Shown here piece by piece: positions 8,100 to 16,922 of a DNA stretch of 53,833 bases. Position numbers and translations under genes: made by a program. The notes below the pieces were generated by a model. The model worked only from the letters and a program-made list of their open reading frames with translations. It made no database searches and was not told the origin of the DNA. Position 1 is the first letter of the stretch. Each line of letters starts with the position of its first letter. Origin of the DNA: Actinomycetota bacterium (GTDB taxonomy: Bacteria; Actinomycetota; Acidimicrobiia; Acidimicrobiales; CADCSY01); NCBI GenBank assembly GCA_019347915.1, contig JAHWKL010000003.1, forward strand, positions 1 through 53,833, written 5' to 3'.

Positions 8100-9377
8100 G
8101 TGGTCGGCCTGGTCTCGGCGCGCCTGCTGGCGGCGGGAACGCCCCGTCGCGAGCGGCTCCACGCGCTGAGCCTGCTCGGCCTGCTGTTCGACCACGCCGA
8201 CGCCGGCGGGAAGGTCCGCGTCCCGCTGGACGACCTCGCGGGCGAGTTCGAGCTTCCTCGGGGCCGGGCGGAGGAGGCGCTGGAGGCGCTGGTGCAGGTG
8301 GGAGCGGTGCGCCGCGGCCCCGAGCGCCTCGTGCTGGTGGGCCGCCAGCCGCCGCTCTCCGAGAGCCTGCGCCTGAGCGCCTTCTTGACCAACGTCGCCG
8401 TGGTGCTGGACGACGAGCACGCCGAGCCGGTGCCGGCCGCTCCGGCTCGCTCGCCGGTCTTCCTGGCCGAAGCCACGCCCGATGCACCCGCCGCCGGCAG
8501 CCGGCGGCAACGACTGCGCCCGCGGCAGCCGGCGCTGGCCGCCCTGGCCCTCACCGGGGTCGTGCTGCTGGCAGCGTTGGGGCCGAGCCCTGCTCCCACC
8601 CGCCTCCGCAGTGTGGGGGGTCCGCCCTCGGCCACGGCGCCGGAGTCAGCATCGGGGCGCTCTGTGCCCTCTGACGCCGGCGAGCCCGGGACCGACGCCT
8701 CTCAGCAGCAGGTCGAGGATGGCGAGGCCAGTGCCGGCGGTGGCGAGTCATCGCCGCGACCGACGCCACGGGCAGCGGACCGGTCCACCGTCCGCGACCG
8801 GGACCGCCGGCCCGGTGATCAGCGGCCGGCGGCGCCGGGGACCGAAGGTTCCACCGGCCGGGAAGCCCCGCCACCACCCGGGGGGAACCGCACCGCTCCT
8901 CGAGATGCACCGCAGGGGCCGCCGGCCCCGGCGGCCCCAGCCCCGGCCCCGGCCCCGGCCCCTGCCCCGGACCCGGCGCCCGCCCCTCCGGCCCCGCCGG
9001 CCCCGGCCGTGCGCTGCCCCGCCCAGCCCCCCCGGATCGTCGCCGACACGAGAGCCGTCGTCGTTCCCGCCGGGTCCGACGTGGTGCTCGGCGTGCCCAC
9101 CGAATCGGTCATCGAGGTGCGGGGAACCCTGATCAACCCCACGACGCGGGCCGCTGCGGTGATCCGCTCGTTCGAGGTGACCATCCGGTCGGGCCCCGAC
9201 ACGGTGGCGGTGCCGAGCCCGCCCGGGGTCGTCACCCTCCCGCCCGGCGGGCAACAGGACTGGGTGGTGCGCACGCCCAATCCCGCCAGCCCGACGACCC
9301 CCCCCACCGTCGAGGGCGCCAGGATCGTGGACTGGGGGTGGCAGGACGCCGAGGTGGCTCGCTCCTGCCCGATCTGA
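8100..9377 (+). CDS. hypothetical modular protein: N-terminal winged-helix-like region, one TM helix, long Pro/Ala-rich linker, C-terminal beta-rich domain
   Basis: GTG start. ALAALALTGVVLLAAL is a TM segment. A PAPAPAPAPAP linker is followed by a C-terminal domain bracketed by two Cys (VRCPAQPP ... ARSCPI). No family recognised. Confidence 0.5.
   Translation: MVGLVSARLLAAGTPRRERLHALSLLGLLFDHADAGGKVRVPLDDLAGEFELPRGRAEEALEALVQVGAVRRGPERLVLVGRQPPLSESLRLSAFLTNVAVVLDDEHAEPVPAAPARSPVFLAEATPDAPAAGSRRQRLRPRQPALAALALTGVVLLAALGPSPAPTRLRSVGGPPSATAPESASGRSVPSDAGEPGTDASQQQVEDGEASAGGGESSPRPTPRAADRSTVRDRDRRPGDQRPAAPGTEGSTGREAPPPPGGNRTAPRDAPQGPPAPAAPAPAPAPAPAPDPAPAPPAPPAPAVRCPAQPPRIVADTRAVVVPAGSDVVLGVPTESVIEVRGTLINPTTRAAAVIRSFEVTIRSGPDTVAVPSPPGVVTLPPGGQQDWVVRTPNPASPTTPPTVEGARIVDWGWQDAEVARSCPI
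8920..9008 (+). repeat. coding low-complexity CCCCGG/CCCGGC repeat (Pro-Ala tract)
   Basis: ccccggccccggccccggcccctgccccgg... encodes PAPAAPAPAPAPAPAPDPAPAPPAPPAPA inside CDS 8100..9377. Confidence 0.6.
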
Positions 9378-9405
9378 CCCTCCACCGAGGGCCCACACCA
9401 GCCTC

Positions 9406-10338
9406 CTAGACGAGGGCGGCGGGCCGCTCCTTGGACTCCTCGAGGCGCGCCTGGCGGCGCTCGGTGACACGCCTGGCCGCCTTGCCCACCCGGGCGATGT
9501 AGCGGAGCACCCGCTCCCGGGCCTCCGACGCCTCAGGGTTGAGCCCCTCGAGGGACTCCAGGCTCCAGTGGCCGAGCACCACCGGCTTCAGGATCTTCTC
9601 GTAGTGGCTGGCGAAGTCGTAGATGCCGGCATTGGCGATGGCCTTGGAGTGGGCGGCGAAGTCGGGGATGCCGGTACCGGGCATCTCGAAGCCCCGGACC
9701 TGCCGATCGATGGCCAGCACCACCGCCGAAGGGTCGACCTCGAGCACCGCCGAGGTCATGTCCCGGTAGAAGACGTAGTGCAGGTTCTCGTCACCGGCGA
9801 CGCGCGCCATGATGTCGCGGCCCCGCCGGTCGTCGAGCATCCGGCCGGTGTTGCCATGGGAGATGCGGGTCGCCAGCTCCTGGAGCGTGACGTACACCAA
9901 CCCGTCGATCACGCTCTCCGGTTGCGGCACCTCGCCCGCCGCCAACTGCAGCATGCGGCCCCGCTCCAGCGCCACGGGGTCGACGCTGCGGGTCACCGTG
10001 AGGTAGTCCCGGATGACGATGGCGTGGCGCCCCTCCTCCGCGGTCCAGCGGTGCGTCCACGCCCGCCAGGCGTCGTCGATGCCGAACAGGCGGTCGATGG
10101 TGTGGAAGTAGTGAGGCAGGTTGTCCTCGGTCAGGAGGTTCACGAACAGCGCGCTGCGGAGGGCCTCGTCCATCGGTGCCTGCGAGGTGTCCCACTCCTC
10201 GCCAGGCTCGAAGTCGCGGCCGACGCTCCAGGGCACCATCTCGTGGGGGAACCACTCCTTGGCGTTCGACAGGTGACGCTCGAGCATCTCCTCGGCGACA
10301 GGCGACAGCTCGTGCAAGAGGGCGGCATCCGAGTCCAT
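9406..10338 (-). CDS. acyl-ACP desaturase (soluble di-iron, DesA-like)
   Basis: LLTEDNLPHYF, TAEEGRHAIV and AGDENLHYVFY (two ExxH di-iron motifs). The length of 310 aa fits the family. Confidence 0.85.
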   Translation of the reverse strand: MDSDAALLHELSPVAEEMLERHLSNAKEWFPHEMVPWSVGRDFEPGEEWDTSQAPMDEALRSALFVNLLTEDNLPHYFHTIDRLFGIDDAWRAWTHRWTAEEGRHAIVIRDYLTVTRSVDPVALERGRMLQLAAGEVPQPESVIDGLVYVTLQELATRISHGNTGRMLDDRRGRDIMARVAGDENLHYVFYRDMTSAVLEVDPSAVVLAIDRQVRGFEMPGTGIPDFAAHSKAIANAGIYDFASHYEKILKPVVLGHWSLESLEGLNPEASEARERVLRYIARVGKAARRVTERRQARLEESKERPAALV

Positions 10339-10347
10339 GCACTAAGA

Positions 10348-11034
10348 CTACCTACCAGTAGGTAGGGATGAAACCTGGGCCGGCGGCGGGACGTCGACCG
10401 CCCGCCAGCAGTACCACGCCACGATCGAGCGCCAGGGGCGGAACCGCTCGCCCGACGCCTCCAGGGCGGCGGGCGCCGGCAGCGCTTCGAGCTGCCAGGC
10501 CCGGGCGTAGCCCCGGCGGACGCCGAGGTCGGTCACCGGCCACACGTCGGGGCGACCCAGCTGGAAGATCAGGAACATCTGCGCCGTCCACGGGCCGATG
10601 CCCGGTGACTGCGACAGCACGCTGACGACCGCATCGTCGTCGAGGTGGGTGACCTCCTCGAGATCGAGCGCACCGTCCGCCACCCGCTCGGCGAGGGAGA
10701 GCAGCGCCCGCGTCTTGGCCCCCGACAAGCCGGCGCCACGCAGCTGGGCGGGGTCGAGGGCGAGGACGGCGCCGGCGTCGAGATCCCCCGGCACCAGCGC
10801 CCGCACCCGGGACCAGATGGCCGCCGCCGCCCGCCCGGCGAGCTGCTGGGACGCAATGGTCCGGGCCAGGCGCTCGAAGTGCCCACTCGTCACGGCCTGC
10901 CCTGCCGCCAGCGGGCACGGACCGTGGCGGGCGACCAGGGTGGCCATCACCGGATCCCGCCGGGCCAGCTCCGCCTCCCCCGCACCGCCGGCCACGAGGC
11001 TCACCCCCTCACCTCCGTGCCCGAGGCGGGGCAC
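10348..11034 (-). CDS. DNA-3-methyladenine glycosylase II-like HhH-GPD base-excision enzyme
   Basis: LSGAKTRALLSLAERV, the helix-hairpin-helix PGIGPWTAQMFLIF, and the catalytic Asp context WPVTDLGVRRGY. The exact start is uncertain. Confidence 0.75.
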   Translation of the reverse strand: MPRLGHGGEGVSLVAGGAGEAELARRDPVMATLVARHGPCPLAAGQAVTSGHFERLARTIASQQLAGRAAAAIWSRVRALVPGDLDAGAVLALDPAQLRGAGLSGAKTRALLSLAERVADGALDLEEVTHLDDDAVVSVLSQSPGIGPWTAQMFLIFQLGRPDVWPVTDLGVRRGYARAWQLEALPAPAALEASGERFRPWRSIVAWYCWRAVDVPPPAQVSSLPTGR

Positions 11035-11114
11035 CTGGGGACAACGTTGCGGGATGGCACGAAAACCACAGGCTTCTCCTCTGGATGCCCCCAGGCCGGT
11101 CGTCGCATGATGGG

Positions 11115-11321
11115 ATGGTGGGCTACGAGGTGACGATCGGTGACGGGGGCAGCGAGTTGGTGGTGGGGGCCGACACCTACCAGCTCGAAGGGCCCCTCAC
11201 CACCTTCTTCAGCACCGACTCGGGTCGGCGGGTGGTCGACTGCTGGAGCGTGCGGCTGGCCAGCTTCCGCACCGCTGACGTGGTGCGGATCCGCCGGGTC
11301 GACGACCTGCGGGCGGCCTGA
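11115..11321 (+). CDS. hypothetical small protein
   Basis: Internal ATG of ORF 11085..11321 (MVGYEVTIGDGGSELVVGADTYQLEGPLTTFF...). Composition looks non-junk, but there is no SD and no known motif. Confidence 0.35.
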   Translation: MVGYEVTIGDGGSELVVGADTYQLEGPLTTFFSTDSGRRVVDCWSVRLASFRTADVVRIRRVDDLRAA

Positions 11322-11741
11322 TCACTCCATGCCGTCCGGCGGCCGGCGCAGGCGCTTGGCCTGGGACCGCCGGCGCTTGGCCTCCAGGCGCCGCCTCCGG
11401 GACCCGCCCGTGGGACGGGTGGGACGCCGGGCCCGGGGAACACGCAGGCCGGCCGCCAGCCGCGACTGCAGGCGCTCCATGGCCAGCTCCCGGTTGCGAG
11501 CCTGCGAGCGCTCGTCACCCGCCGCCGCCCGGACCTCGGGCCCGATTCGCTCCAGCAGGCGCCGGCGCTGCTCCGATCCCAGCGACGGCGAGGCGGCCAC
11601 GTCGAAGACGACCTCGACGCGGGTGTCCGCCGTGTTGGCGTGCTGGCCGCCGGGGCCCCCGCTGCGGCTGAAGCGCCACTGCAGCTCGGACAGAGGGATG
11701 GCGCAGCTGCGGTTCACCTCCAGTCGGTCGGGCAGGGCCAT
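11322..11741 (-). CDS. arfB: alternative ribosome-rescue factor ArfB (peptidyl-tRNA hydrolase, RF-1 domain)
   Basis: GGPGGQHANT (GGQ motif), basic C-terminal tail, 139 aa. Confidence 0.85.
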   Translation of the reverse strand: MALPDRLEVNRSCAIPLSELQWRFSRSGGPGGQHANTADTRVEVVFDVAASPSLGSEQRRRLLERIGPEVRAAAGDERSQARNRELAMERLQSRLAAGLRVPRARRPTRPTGGSRRRRLEAKRRRSQAKRLRRPPDGME

Positions 11742-11799
11742 GGGTCGACGGTACCCACGGCGGGGGGCGACGTGACGCCTGCCGGCGTGCGCCTCCGGT

Positions 11800-12171
11800 T
11801 CACCCGCCGCTCCGGAGATCGAGGATCACGGTGTGGTGGGGGATCCCCGTGGCCGGGGTCAGGTAGCCCTCCCCTTCCACCGACCACCCTCGGCGCCGGT
11901 AGAAGTCCAGCGCGCTGTCACGCCCGTCGGCCCACAGCACCTCGACGCCGGCCCCCCGCGCCCGGGTGACCACGGCGTCGAGCAGCAGCGTGCCGGCGCC
12001 CTGGCCCTGCCGCTCGGGCTCCACCGCCATGCCCCGGAGGCGCCAGGCGGCGGCGCCGGGGCGCCGGCCGGTGGGGGCGGGACTGACGGTGGCGACGGCC
12101 ACCACCCGCCCCCCGGTGTCGAGCACCGCCGGGTGGAAGGTCTCGGGCAGCTCGTCCTCGGGGAAGTACAC
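11800..12171 (-). CDS. GNAT family N-acetyltransferase (5' end probably extends to about 12267)
   Basis: RLRGMAVEPERQGQGAGTLLLDAV (acetyl-CoA binding Q/RxxGxG/A) and FYRRRGW. The frame stays open upstream of GTG 12171 and encodes LTAQPLRVTTVSAEATHDLRRRVLRGG, which looks like genuine GNAT N-terminus. Confidence 0.75.
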   Translation of the reverse strand: MYFPEDELPETFHPAVLDTGGRVVAVATVSPAPTGRRPGAAAWRLRGMAVEPERQGQGAGTLLLDAVVTRARGAGVEVLWADGRDSALDFYRRRGWSVEGEGYLTPATGIPHHTVILDLRSGG

Positions 12172-12263
12172 CTCGGCATCGGGCCGCCCACCCCGCAGGA
12201 CCCTGCGTCGCAGGTCGTGGGTGGCCTCGGCCGAGACCGTGGTGACGCGAAGGGGCTGAGCGG

Positions 12264-12527
12264 TCAGAGGTGATCGGCGGCAGCGGCCTGGACGGCGGCG
12301 GTGATGGGCTCCCAGTCGGCTCCGGGATGGCGGGTGACGGTCACGAAGTCGGCGGTGCCGAAGACCGAGGCCACACCCTCGGTGGCCAGGACGGTGGCGG
12401 CGAAGACGTTGTCCTCGGCCTCGGCCGCTTCGACGCTGGCCAGGTTCATGGTGGCCGGCAGGGTGACGTCGAGGGTGTACTTGGTGGCGTTGGGGTTGGG
12501 GGTGGGTGACGGGGTGGCGCTGGCCAT
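12264..12527 (-). CDS. Nfu/NifU N-terminal (Nfu_N) domain scaffold-like protein
   Basis: PTPNPNATKYTLDV... and GVASVFGTADFVTVTR resemble the Nfu_N fold. 87 aa. Confidence 0.65.
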   Translation of the reverse strand: MASATPSPTPNPNATKYTLDVTLPATMNLASVEAAEAEDNVFAATVLATEGVASVFGTADFVTVTRHPGADWEPITAAVQAAAADHL

Positions 12528-12529
12528 GG

Positions 12530-12751
12530 TCAGCCGCCGCCCTCCTCGGTGATCTCGGGGCGCTCGAAGTGCTCGTTGGCGATGCGCTCGGCGGTGCGGG
12601 CCAACTCCTCCTGGAGGGCCTCGATCTCGGGCTGCAGCGACTCGGCGAACTCGGTGCGGCCCTGGACCAGCGCCCGCTCCCGTCGCTCGACCAGCTCGGT
12701 CAGCTGCAGCTCGACGCCGACGGCGTGATCCTCGATCCGTGGGTCAGTCAC
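12530..12751 (-). CDS. hypothetical coiled-coil protein
   Basis: GTG start at 12751. The stop is 2 nt before the Nfu_N start, so operon context. Charged heptad-like sequence. Confidence 0.5.
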   Translation of the reverse strand: MTDPRIEDHAVGVELQLTELVERRERALVQGRTEFAESLQPEIEALQEELARTAERIANEHFERPEITEEGGG

Positions 12752-12757
12752 CGACGC

Positions 12758-12767
12758 AGCGTACGCT
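12758..12767. promoter_or_regulatory. perfect 10-bp palindrome AGCGTACGCT centred in a 22-bp divergent intergenic gap
   Basis: It lies between start codons 12751 (-) and 12774 (+). Neither gene has a visible SD. Confidence 0.35.
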
Positions 12768-12773
12768 CGCTCG

Positions 12774-14204
12774 ATGGCCCCTCGCTACGACCTGGTGATC
12801 GTGGGGATGGGGTCGGGCGGTATGGCCGCCGCCGAGTTCGCCGCCTCCCTCCCCCTCCGGGTGGCGGTGGTGGAGCGGGACCGGGTCGGCGGCGAGTGCC
12901 TGTGGACCGGCTGCGTGCCGAGCAAGGCCCTTCTCGCCTCGGCCAAGGTCGCCCACACGCTGCGGACCGCCGACCAGTGGGGCCTGCCCCCCACCGACGT
13001 GGCCTTCGACACCAAGCCGGTATTCGACCGGTTGCGGGCCGTGCAGGACGAGATCGCCCGCACCGACGACGATCCCCGCCGCTTCGAGGCCCTCGGCGTC
13101 GAGGTGGTCCGCGGCGACGCCCGCCTCGTCGATCCCTTCACCGTGGCCGTGGGCGACCGCCTCCTGCGCACCCGCTTCGTGCTGCTGTGCACCGGCAGCA
13201 GCCCGGTGGCGCTGCCGGTCGAGGGGCTGGCCGACGCCGGCTACCTCACCAACGAGAACGTGTTCGAGCTCGAGCGGGCGCCGGCGTCGCTGACCGTCAT
13301 CGGCGGTGGCCCCATCGCCATCGAGCTGGCCCAGGCGCTCCACCGCCTGGGCGTGCGGGTGACGGTCCTGGAGAAGATGGACGGCGTCCTCGGCCGCGAG
13401 CAGCCCGAGCTGGTGGCCGTGCTCGTGCGCCTGCTGCGGGAGGAGGGCCTCGCCCTGCAGACCGGCGTCGACGTCGAGCGGGTGACCGTGGAGGGGGGCG
13501 TCAAGGTGGTCCACGGCCGGCGCGGCGGCGACCTGCTGCGGTGGGAGGCCGAGGAGCTGATGGTGGCGGTGGGCCGGCGCCCCAACGTCGGCGGTCTCGG
13601 CCTGGACGACGTCGGGGTGGAGACCACCGGCAAGGGGGTCACCGTCGACGGTCGGATGCAGACGTCGGTGCCGTCCGTCTACGCCGCCGGCGACGTGGCC
13701 GGGCGCTACTTGTTCACCCACTCCGCCGGTCACGAGGCGGTGCGGGCGGTGCGGGACATGTTCTTCCCCGGGAAGGGCGACGTCGACGACCTGGTGCCGT
13801 GGTGCACCTTCACCGACCCGGAGCTGGCCCACGCCGGCCTCACCGCCGGCGAGGCCCGGGAGCGCCACGGCGACGACGTCGAGGTCCACCGCCTGGACCT
13901 GGCCCACTCCGACCGGGCCCGGGCCGACGGTCATAGCGAGGGGGCGGTGATCGTCGTCACCGTCAAGGGCAAGGTGGTGGGGGCCCACGTGCTGGCGCCC
14001 GCCGCCGGCGAGCTGGTGCACGAGCTGGCCCTGGCCGTCTCCAAGGGGATGAAGCTCTCGGCGCTGGCGTCGCTCATCCACGTCTACCCCACCCTGGCCA
14101 CCACGGTGGGCCACCTCGCCGTCGAGTCGGCCTACGCCAACGCCTCCCGCCTGGCCTGGGTGGTGCGCGCCGGTCGCGTGTGGGACCGCGTCCGCCGGCG
14201 CTGA
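12774..14204 (+). CDS. class I pyridine nucleotide-disulfide oxidoreductase (FAD-dependent; dihydrolipoyl dehydrogenase/mercuric reductase-like)
   Basis: GMGSGGMAAA dinucleotide fold, redox-active GGECLWTGCVPSK (CxxxxC), a second GGGPIAIELA NAD(P) fold and a C-terminal dimerisation region. Confidence 0.85.
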   Translation: MAPRYDLVIVGMGSGGMAAAEFAASLPLRVAVVERDRVGGECLWTGCVPSKALLASAKVAHTLRTADQWGLPPTDVAFDTKPVFDRLRAVQDEIARTDDDPRRFEALGVEVVRGDARLVDPFTVAVGDRLLRTRFVLLCTGSSPVALPVEGLADAGYLTNENVFELERAPASLTVIGGGPIAIELAQALHRLGVRVTVLEKMDGVLGREQPELVAVLVRLLREEGLALQTGVDVERVTVEGGVKVVHGRRGGDLLRWEAEELMVAVGRRPNVGGLGLDDVGVETTGKGVTVDGRMQTSVPSVYAAGDVAGRYLFTHSAGHEAVRAVRDMFFPGKGDVDDLVPWCTFTDPELAHAGLTAGEARERHGDDVEVHRLDLAHSDRARADGHSEGAVIVVTVKGKVVGAHVLAPAAGELVHELALAVSKGMKLSALASLIHVYPTLATTVGHLAVESAYANASRLAWVVRAGRVWDRVRRR

Positions 14205-14278
14205 GCAAGTGGCGCATGGAGGCGAGGGCGGAGTAGATGTCTAGCCTCGAAGCGCCGCCCCCCACGGTGAGGAGACTC

Positions 14279-14359
14279 ATGGACCGCCCCAGCCGCCACC
14301 TCTGGCTCCCGCCCGTCCGAGACCCGGTCTGGGTGTCGGCCCGCTTCGGCCACCGCTAG
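14279..14359 (+). CDS. candidate 26-aa upstream ORF/leader peptide ahead of egtA
   Basis: GAGGAG at 14270-14275 lies 3 nt before ATG 14279. Translation: MDRPSRHLWLPPVRDPVWVSARFGHR. TAG at 14357-14359, 9 nt before the egtA GTG. Too short for the ORF track. Confidence 0.3.
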   Translation: MDRPSRHLWLPPVRDPVWVSARFGHR

Positions 14360-14368
14360 CCGCGCCGC

Positions 14369-15622
14369 GTGCCCTCTCCTCGCCGCCGCCTGCGGGCAGC
14401 CGACGCCGAGCACTTCGTCCGGGAGCAGTGCTTCGCACCCGCCCAGCAGGGCCTCGTCGGCATCGAGCTCGAGCAGCTCACGGTGGCGGCGGGCGACTCC
14501 GCCACCTGCGCCGACCACGCCCGGGTGCGCGCCGCGGTGGCCACGGTCTCGCCCCTCACCGGCGGCAGCCGGCTCACCTTCGAACCCGGCGGCCAGGTCG
14601 AGGTCAGCTCCGCCCCCCTTCACGGCATCGCCGCCGCCTGCGCCGCCCTCGCCGGCGACCTGGCCACGGTGTCGGAGGCCGTGGCCGGCACCGGCGCCCG
14701 GTTGCTGGGCACCGGCCTCGACCCGTGGCAGGACCGGCGCCGGGTGGTGGACGAGCCCCGCTACCGCGCCATGGAGGCGTACTTCGGTGCCCACGGCGAC
14801 GAGGGGGCCCGCATGATGTGCAGCACCGCCGCCCTGCAGGTCAACGTCGACATCGGCGAGGTGTCCGCTCAGGCCCGGCGCTGGCGCCTCAGCCACACCC
14901 TCGGGCCCACCCTGGTGGCGTCGTTCGCCAACTCCCCGCTCGCCCGGGGCGCGCCCACCGGCCGTCGGTCGGAGCGGGCGGCGATCTGTGCGGCCCTCGA
15001 TCCCTCCCGGTCGGGGCCGGCGGAGACGGGCACCGCTGACCCCGCCGGCGCCTGGCTGGAGTACGCGCTGGCGGCCCAGGTGATGCTGATCCGCACCTGC
15101 GCCGAGCGCTTCCATCCGATGGAGACGCCCCTGCCCTTCGGCCGGTGGATGGAGGAGGGCCATGAGCTCGGCTTCCCGGTGCTCGACGACTTCGCGTACC
15201 ACCTCGGGACGCTGTTCCCGCCGGTCCGGCCCCGGGGATGGCTGGAGCTGCGCATGATCGACTCGCTGCCCGAGCCGTGGTGGCGGGCGGCCGCCGCTGT
15301 GGTCACCGCCCTGTTCGACGATGACGAGGCCGCCGACGAGGCGGCACGGGTGACGGCGGCCACCACCGGCCTGTGGGGCGACGCCGCTCGCCACGGCCTG
15401 TCCCACCCCGGCCTGGCCCTCGCCGCCGCCGCCTGCTTCCAGGCCGCGCTCGGCGCCCTGCCCCGGCTGGGTGCGGACGACGCCACCATCTCGGCGGTGG
15501 GTGCGTTCTTCGACCGGTTCGTGGCCCGCGGCCGGTGCCCGGCCGACGATGTGCTCGACGGCTGGCGACGCCACGGCCGCCTGCTGCCCGATCCCCTGCC
15601 CCTGGAGTCGTCATGGACCTGA
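14369..15622 (+). CDS. egtA: glutamate-cysteine ligase EgtA (ergothioneine pathway)
   Basis: GCS2-type ligase (VGIELEQL...). The position directly upstream of egtB, with overlapping stop and start, defines it as egtA. Confidence 0.85.
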   Translation: MPSPRRRLRAADAEHFVREQCFAPAQQGLVGIELEQLTVAAGDSATCADHARVRAAVATVSPLTGGSRLTFEPGGQVEVSSAPLHGIAAACAALAGDLATVSEAVAGTGARLLGTGLDPWQDRRRVVDEPRYRAMEAYFGAHGDEGARMMCSTAALQVNVDIGEVSAQARRWRLSHTLGPTLVASFANSPLARGAPTGRRSERAAICAALDPSRSGPAETGTADPAGAWLEYALAAQVMLIRTCAERFHPMETPLPFGRWMEEGHELGFPVLDDFAYHLGTLFPPVRPRGWLELRMIDSLPEPWWRAAAAVVTALFDDDEAADEAARVTAATTGLWGDAARHGLSHPGLALAAAACFQAALGALPRLGADDATISAVGAFFDRFVARGRCPADDVLDGWRRHGRLLPDPLPLESSWT

Positions 15623-16920
15623 ACACGCGCCTCGCCGCCGAGCTCGACGTCGCCCGCCGGCGGTCGATCGCCCTGCTCGAACCCGTTCCCGAGCCGGAGT
15701 TGGTCCGCCAGCACTCCCCGCTGATGTCCCCGCTGGCCTGGGACCTGGCCCACATCGGCAACTTCGAGGACCTGTGGCTGGTGCGAGCCGTCGGGGGCGA
15801 CGCCGTCGGCGCGGCGTACGACCACCTCTACGACGCCTTCCGCAACCCCCGGGCCGACCGGCCCTCCCTTCCCCTGCTGGGCCCGGCCCAGGCCCGGGCC
15901 TACCTCGCCAGCGTGCGGGGGCGGGCCCTCGAGCGCCTGGAGCGGGCCGAGCTCGACCCGACGTCGCCCCTGCTCGCCCGGGGCTTCGTCTACGGGATGG
16001 TCGTTCAGCACGAGCACCAGCACGACGAGACCATGCTGGCCACGCTCCAGCTCATGGAGGGCGAGGGGTACCGTCCGGTGCGAGCGCCCGTGCCGGCGGC
16101 CCCGTCCCGGCCGGCATCGGGCCCGGGACGGGCCGAGGAGGTCGTGATCGACGGGGGCCCCTTCGTCATGGGCACCGACGACGAGGCCTGGGCCTACGAC
16201 AACGAGCGTCCCGCCCACGTGGTCCACCTGCCGCCGTTCCGCATCGACACCCACCCCACGACCAACGCCGCCTACGCCGAGTTCGTGGAGGCCGGCGGCT
16301 ACCGGGAACGGCGGTGGTGGAGCGACGAGGGCTGGGCGTGGCGGATCGAGGCGGGCCTGGAGCACCCCCAGTTCTGGCAGCGGCAGGGAATGGGGTCGTG
16401 GTCGCGGGTGCGCTTCGGCTGGCACGAGGACCTGCCGCCGGACGAGCCCGTGCAGCACGTGTGTTGGTACGAGGCCGACGCCTACGCCCGCTGGCGGGGC
16501 AAGCGCCTGCCCACCGAGGCGGAATGGGAGAAGGCGGCGTCGTGGGACGCGGCGGCGGGCAGCAAGCGCCGGTACCCCTGGGGCGACGAGCCGCCGTCGG
16601 TCGAGCAGGCCAACCTGGGCCAGGAGCGCTTCGGACCGGCCCCGGTGGGGAGCTTCCCCGCCGGCGCCAGCCCGTGGGGCTGCGAGCAGATGGTCGGCGA
16701 CGTGTGGGAGTGGACGGCGTCGGACTTCCGGGCCCACCCCGGGTTCCGGGCCTTTCCCTACCCCGAGTACTCCGAGGTCTTCTGGGGCCCCGACCACAAG
16801 GTCCTGCGGGGTGGGTCGTGGGCCACCCACCCCAGCGCCGTCCGCACCACCTTCCGCAACTGGGACCTGCCCGTGCGCCGCCAGATCTTCGCCGGCGTGC
16901 GCTGCGCGCGGGATCTGTAG
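15613..16920 (+). CDS. egtB: hercynine oxygenase / sulfoxide synthase EgtB (DinB_2 + FGE-sulfatase domains)
   Basis: ATG 15613 overlaps the egtA stop (ATGGACCTGA). DinB-like N-terminus ([22 protein letters not shown]). FGE domain ([13 protein letters not shown]-like [22 protein letters not shown]). Confidence 0.9.
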   Translation: MDLNTRLAAELDVARRRSIALLEPVPEPELVRQHSPLMSPLAWDLAHIGNFEDLWLVRAVGGDAVGAAYDHLYDAFRNPRADRPSLPLLGPAQARAYLASVRGRALERLERAELDPTSPLLARGFVYGMVVQHEHQHDETMLATLQLMEGEGYRPVRAPVPAAPSRPASGPGRAEEVVIDGGPFVMGTDDEAWAYDNERPAHVVHLPPFRIDTHPTTNAAYAEFVEAGGYRERRWWSDEGWAWRIEAGLEHPQFWQRQGMGSWSRVRFGWHEDLPPDEPVQHVCWYEADAYARWRGKRLPTEAEWEKAASWDAAAGSKRRYPWGDEPPSVEQANLGQERFGPAPVGSFPAGASPWGCEQMVGDVWEWTASDFRAHPGFRAFPYPEYSEVFWGPDHKVLRGGSWATHPSAVRTTFRNWDLPVRRQIFAGVRCARDL

Positions 16921-16922
16921 CC

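Noticed and set aside
8920-9008. CCCCGG-type tandem repeat considered as a non-coding repeat array
   Set aside because: The period is irregular and there are no spacers. It lies in-frame inside a CDS and encodes a Pro-Ala linker, so it is coding low complexity.
14869-16830. 653-aa ORF on the minus strand
   Set aside because: It is antisense to egtA and egtB. The sequence is low-complexity with no recognisable domain.
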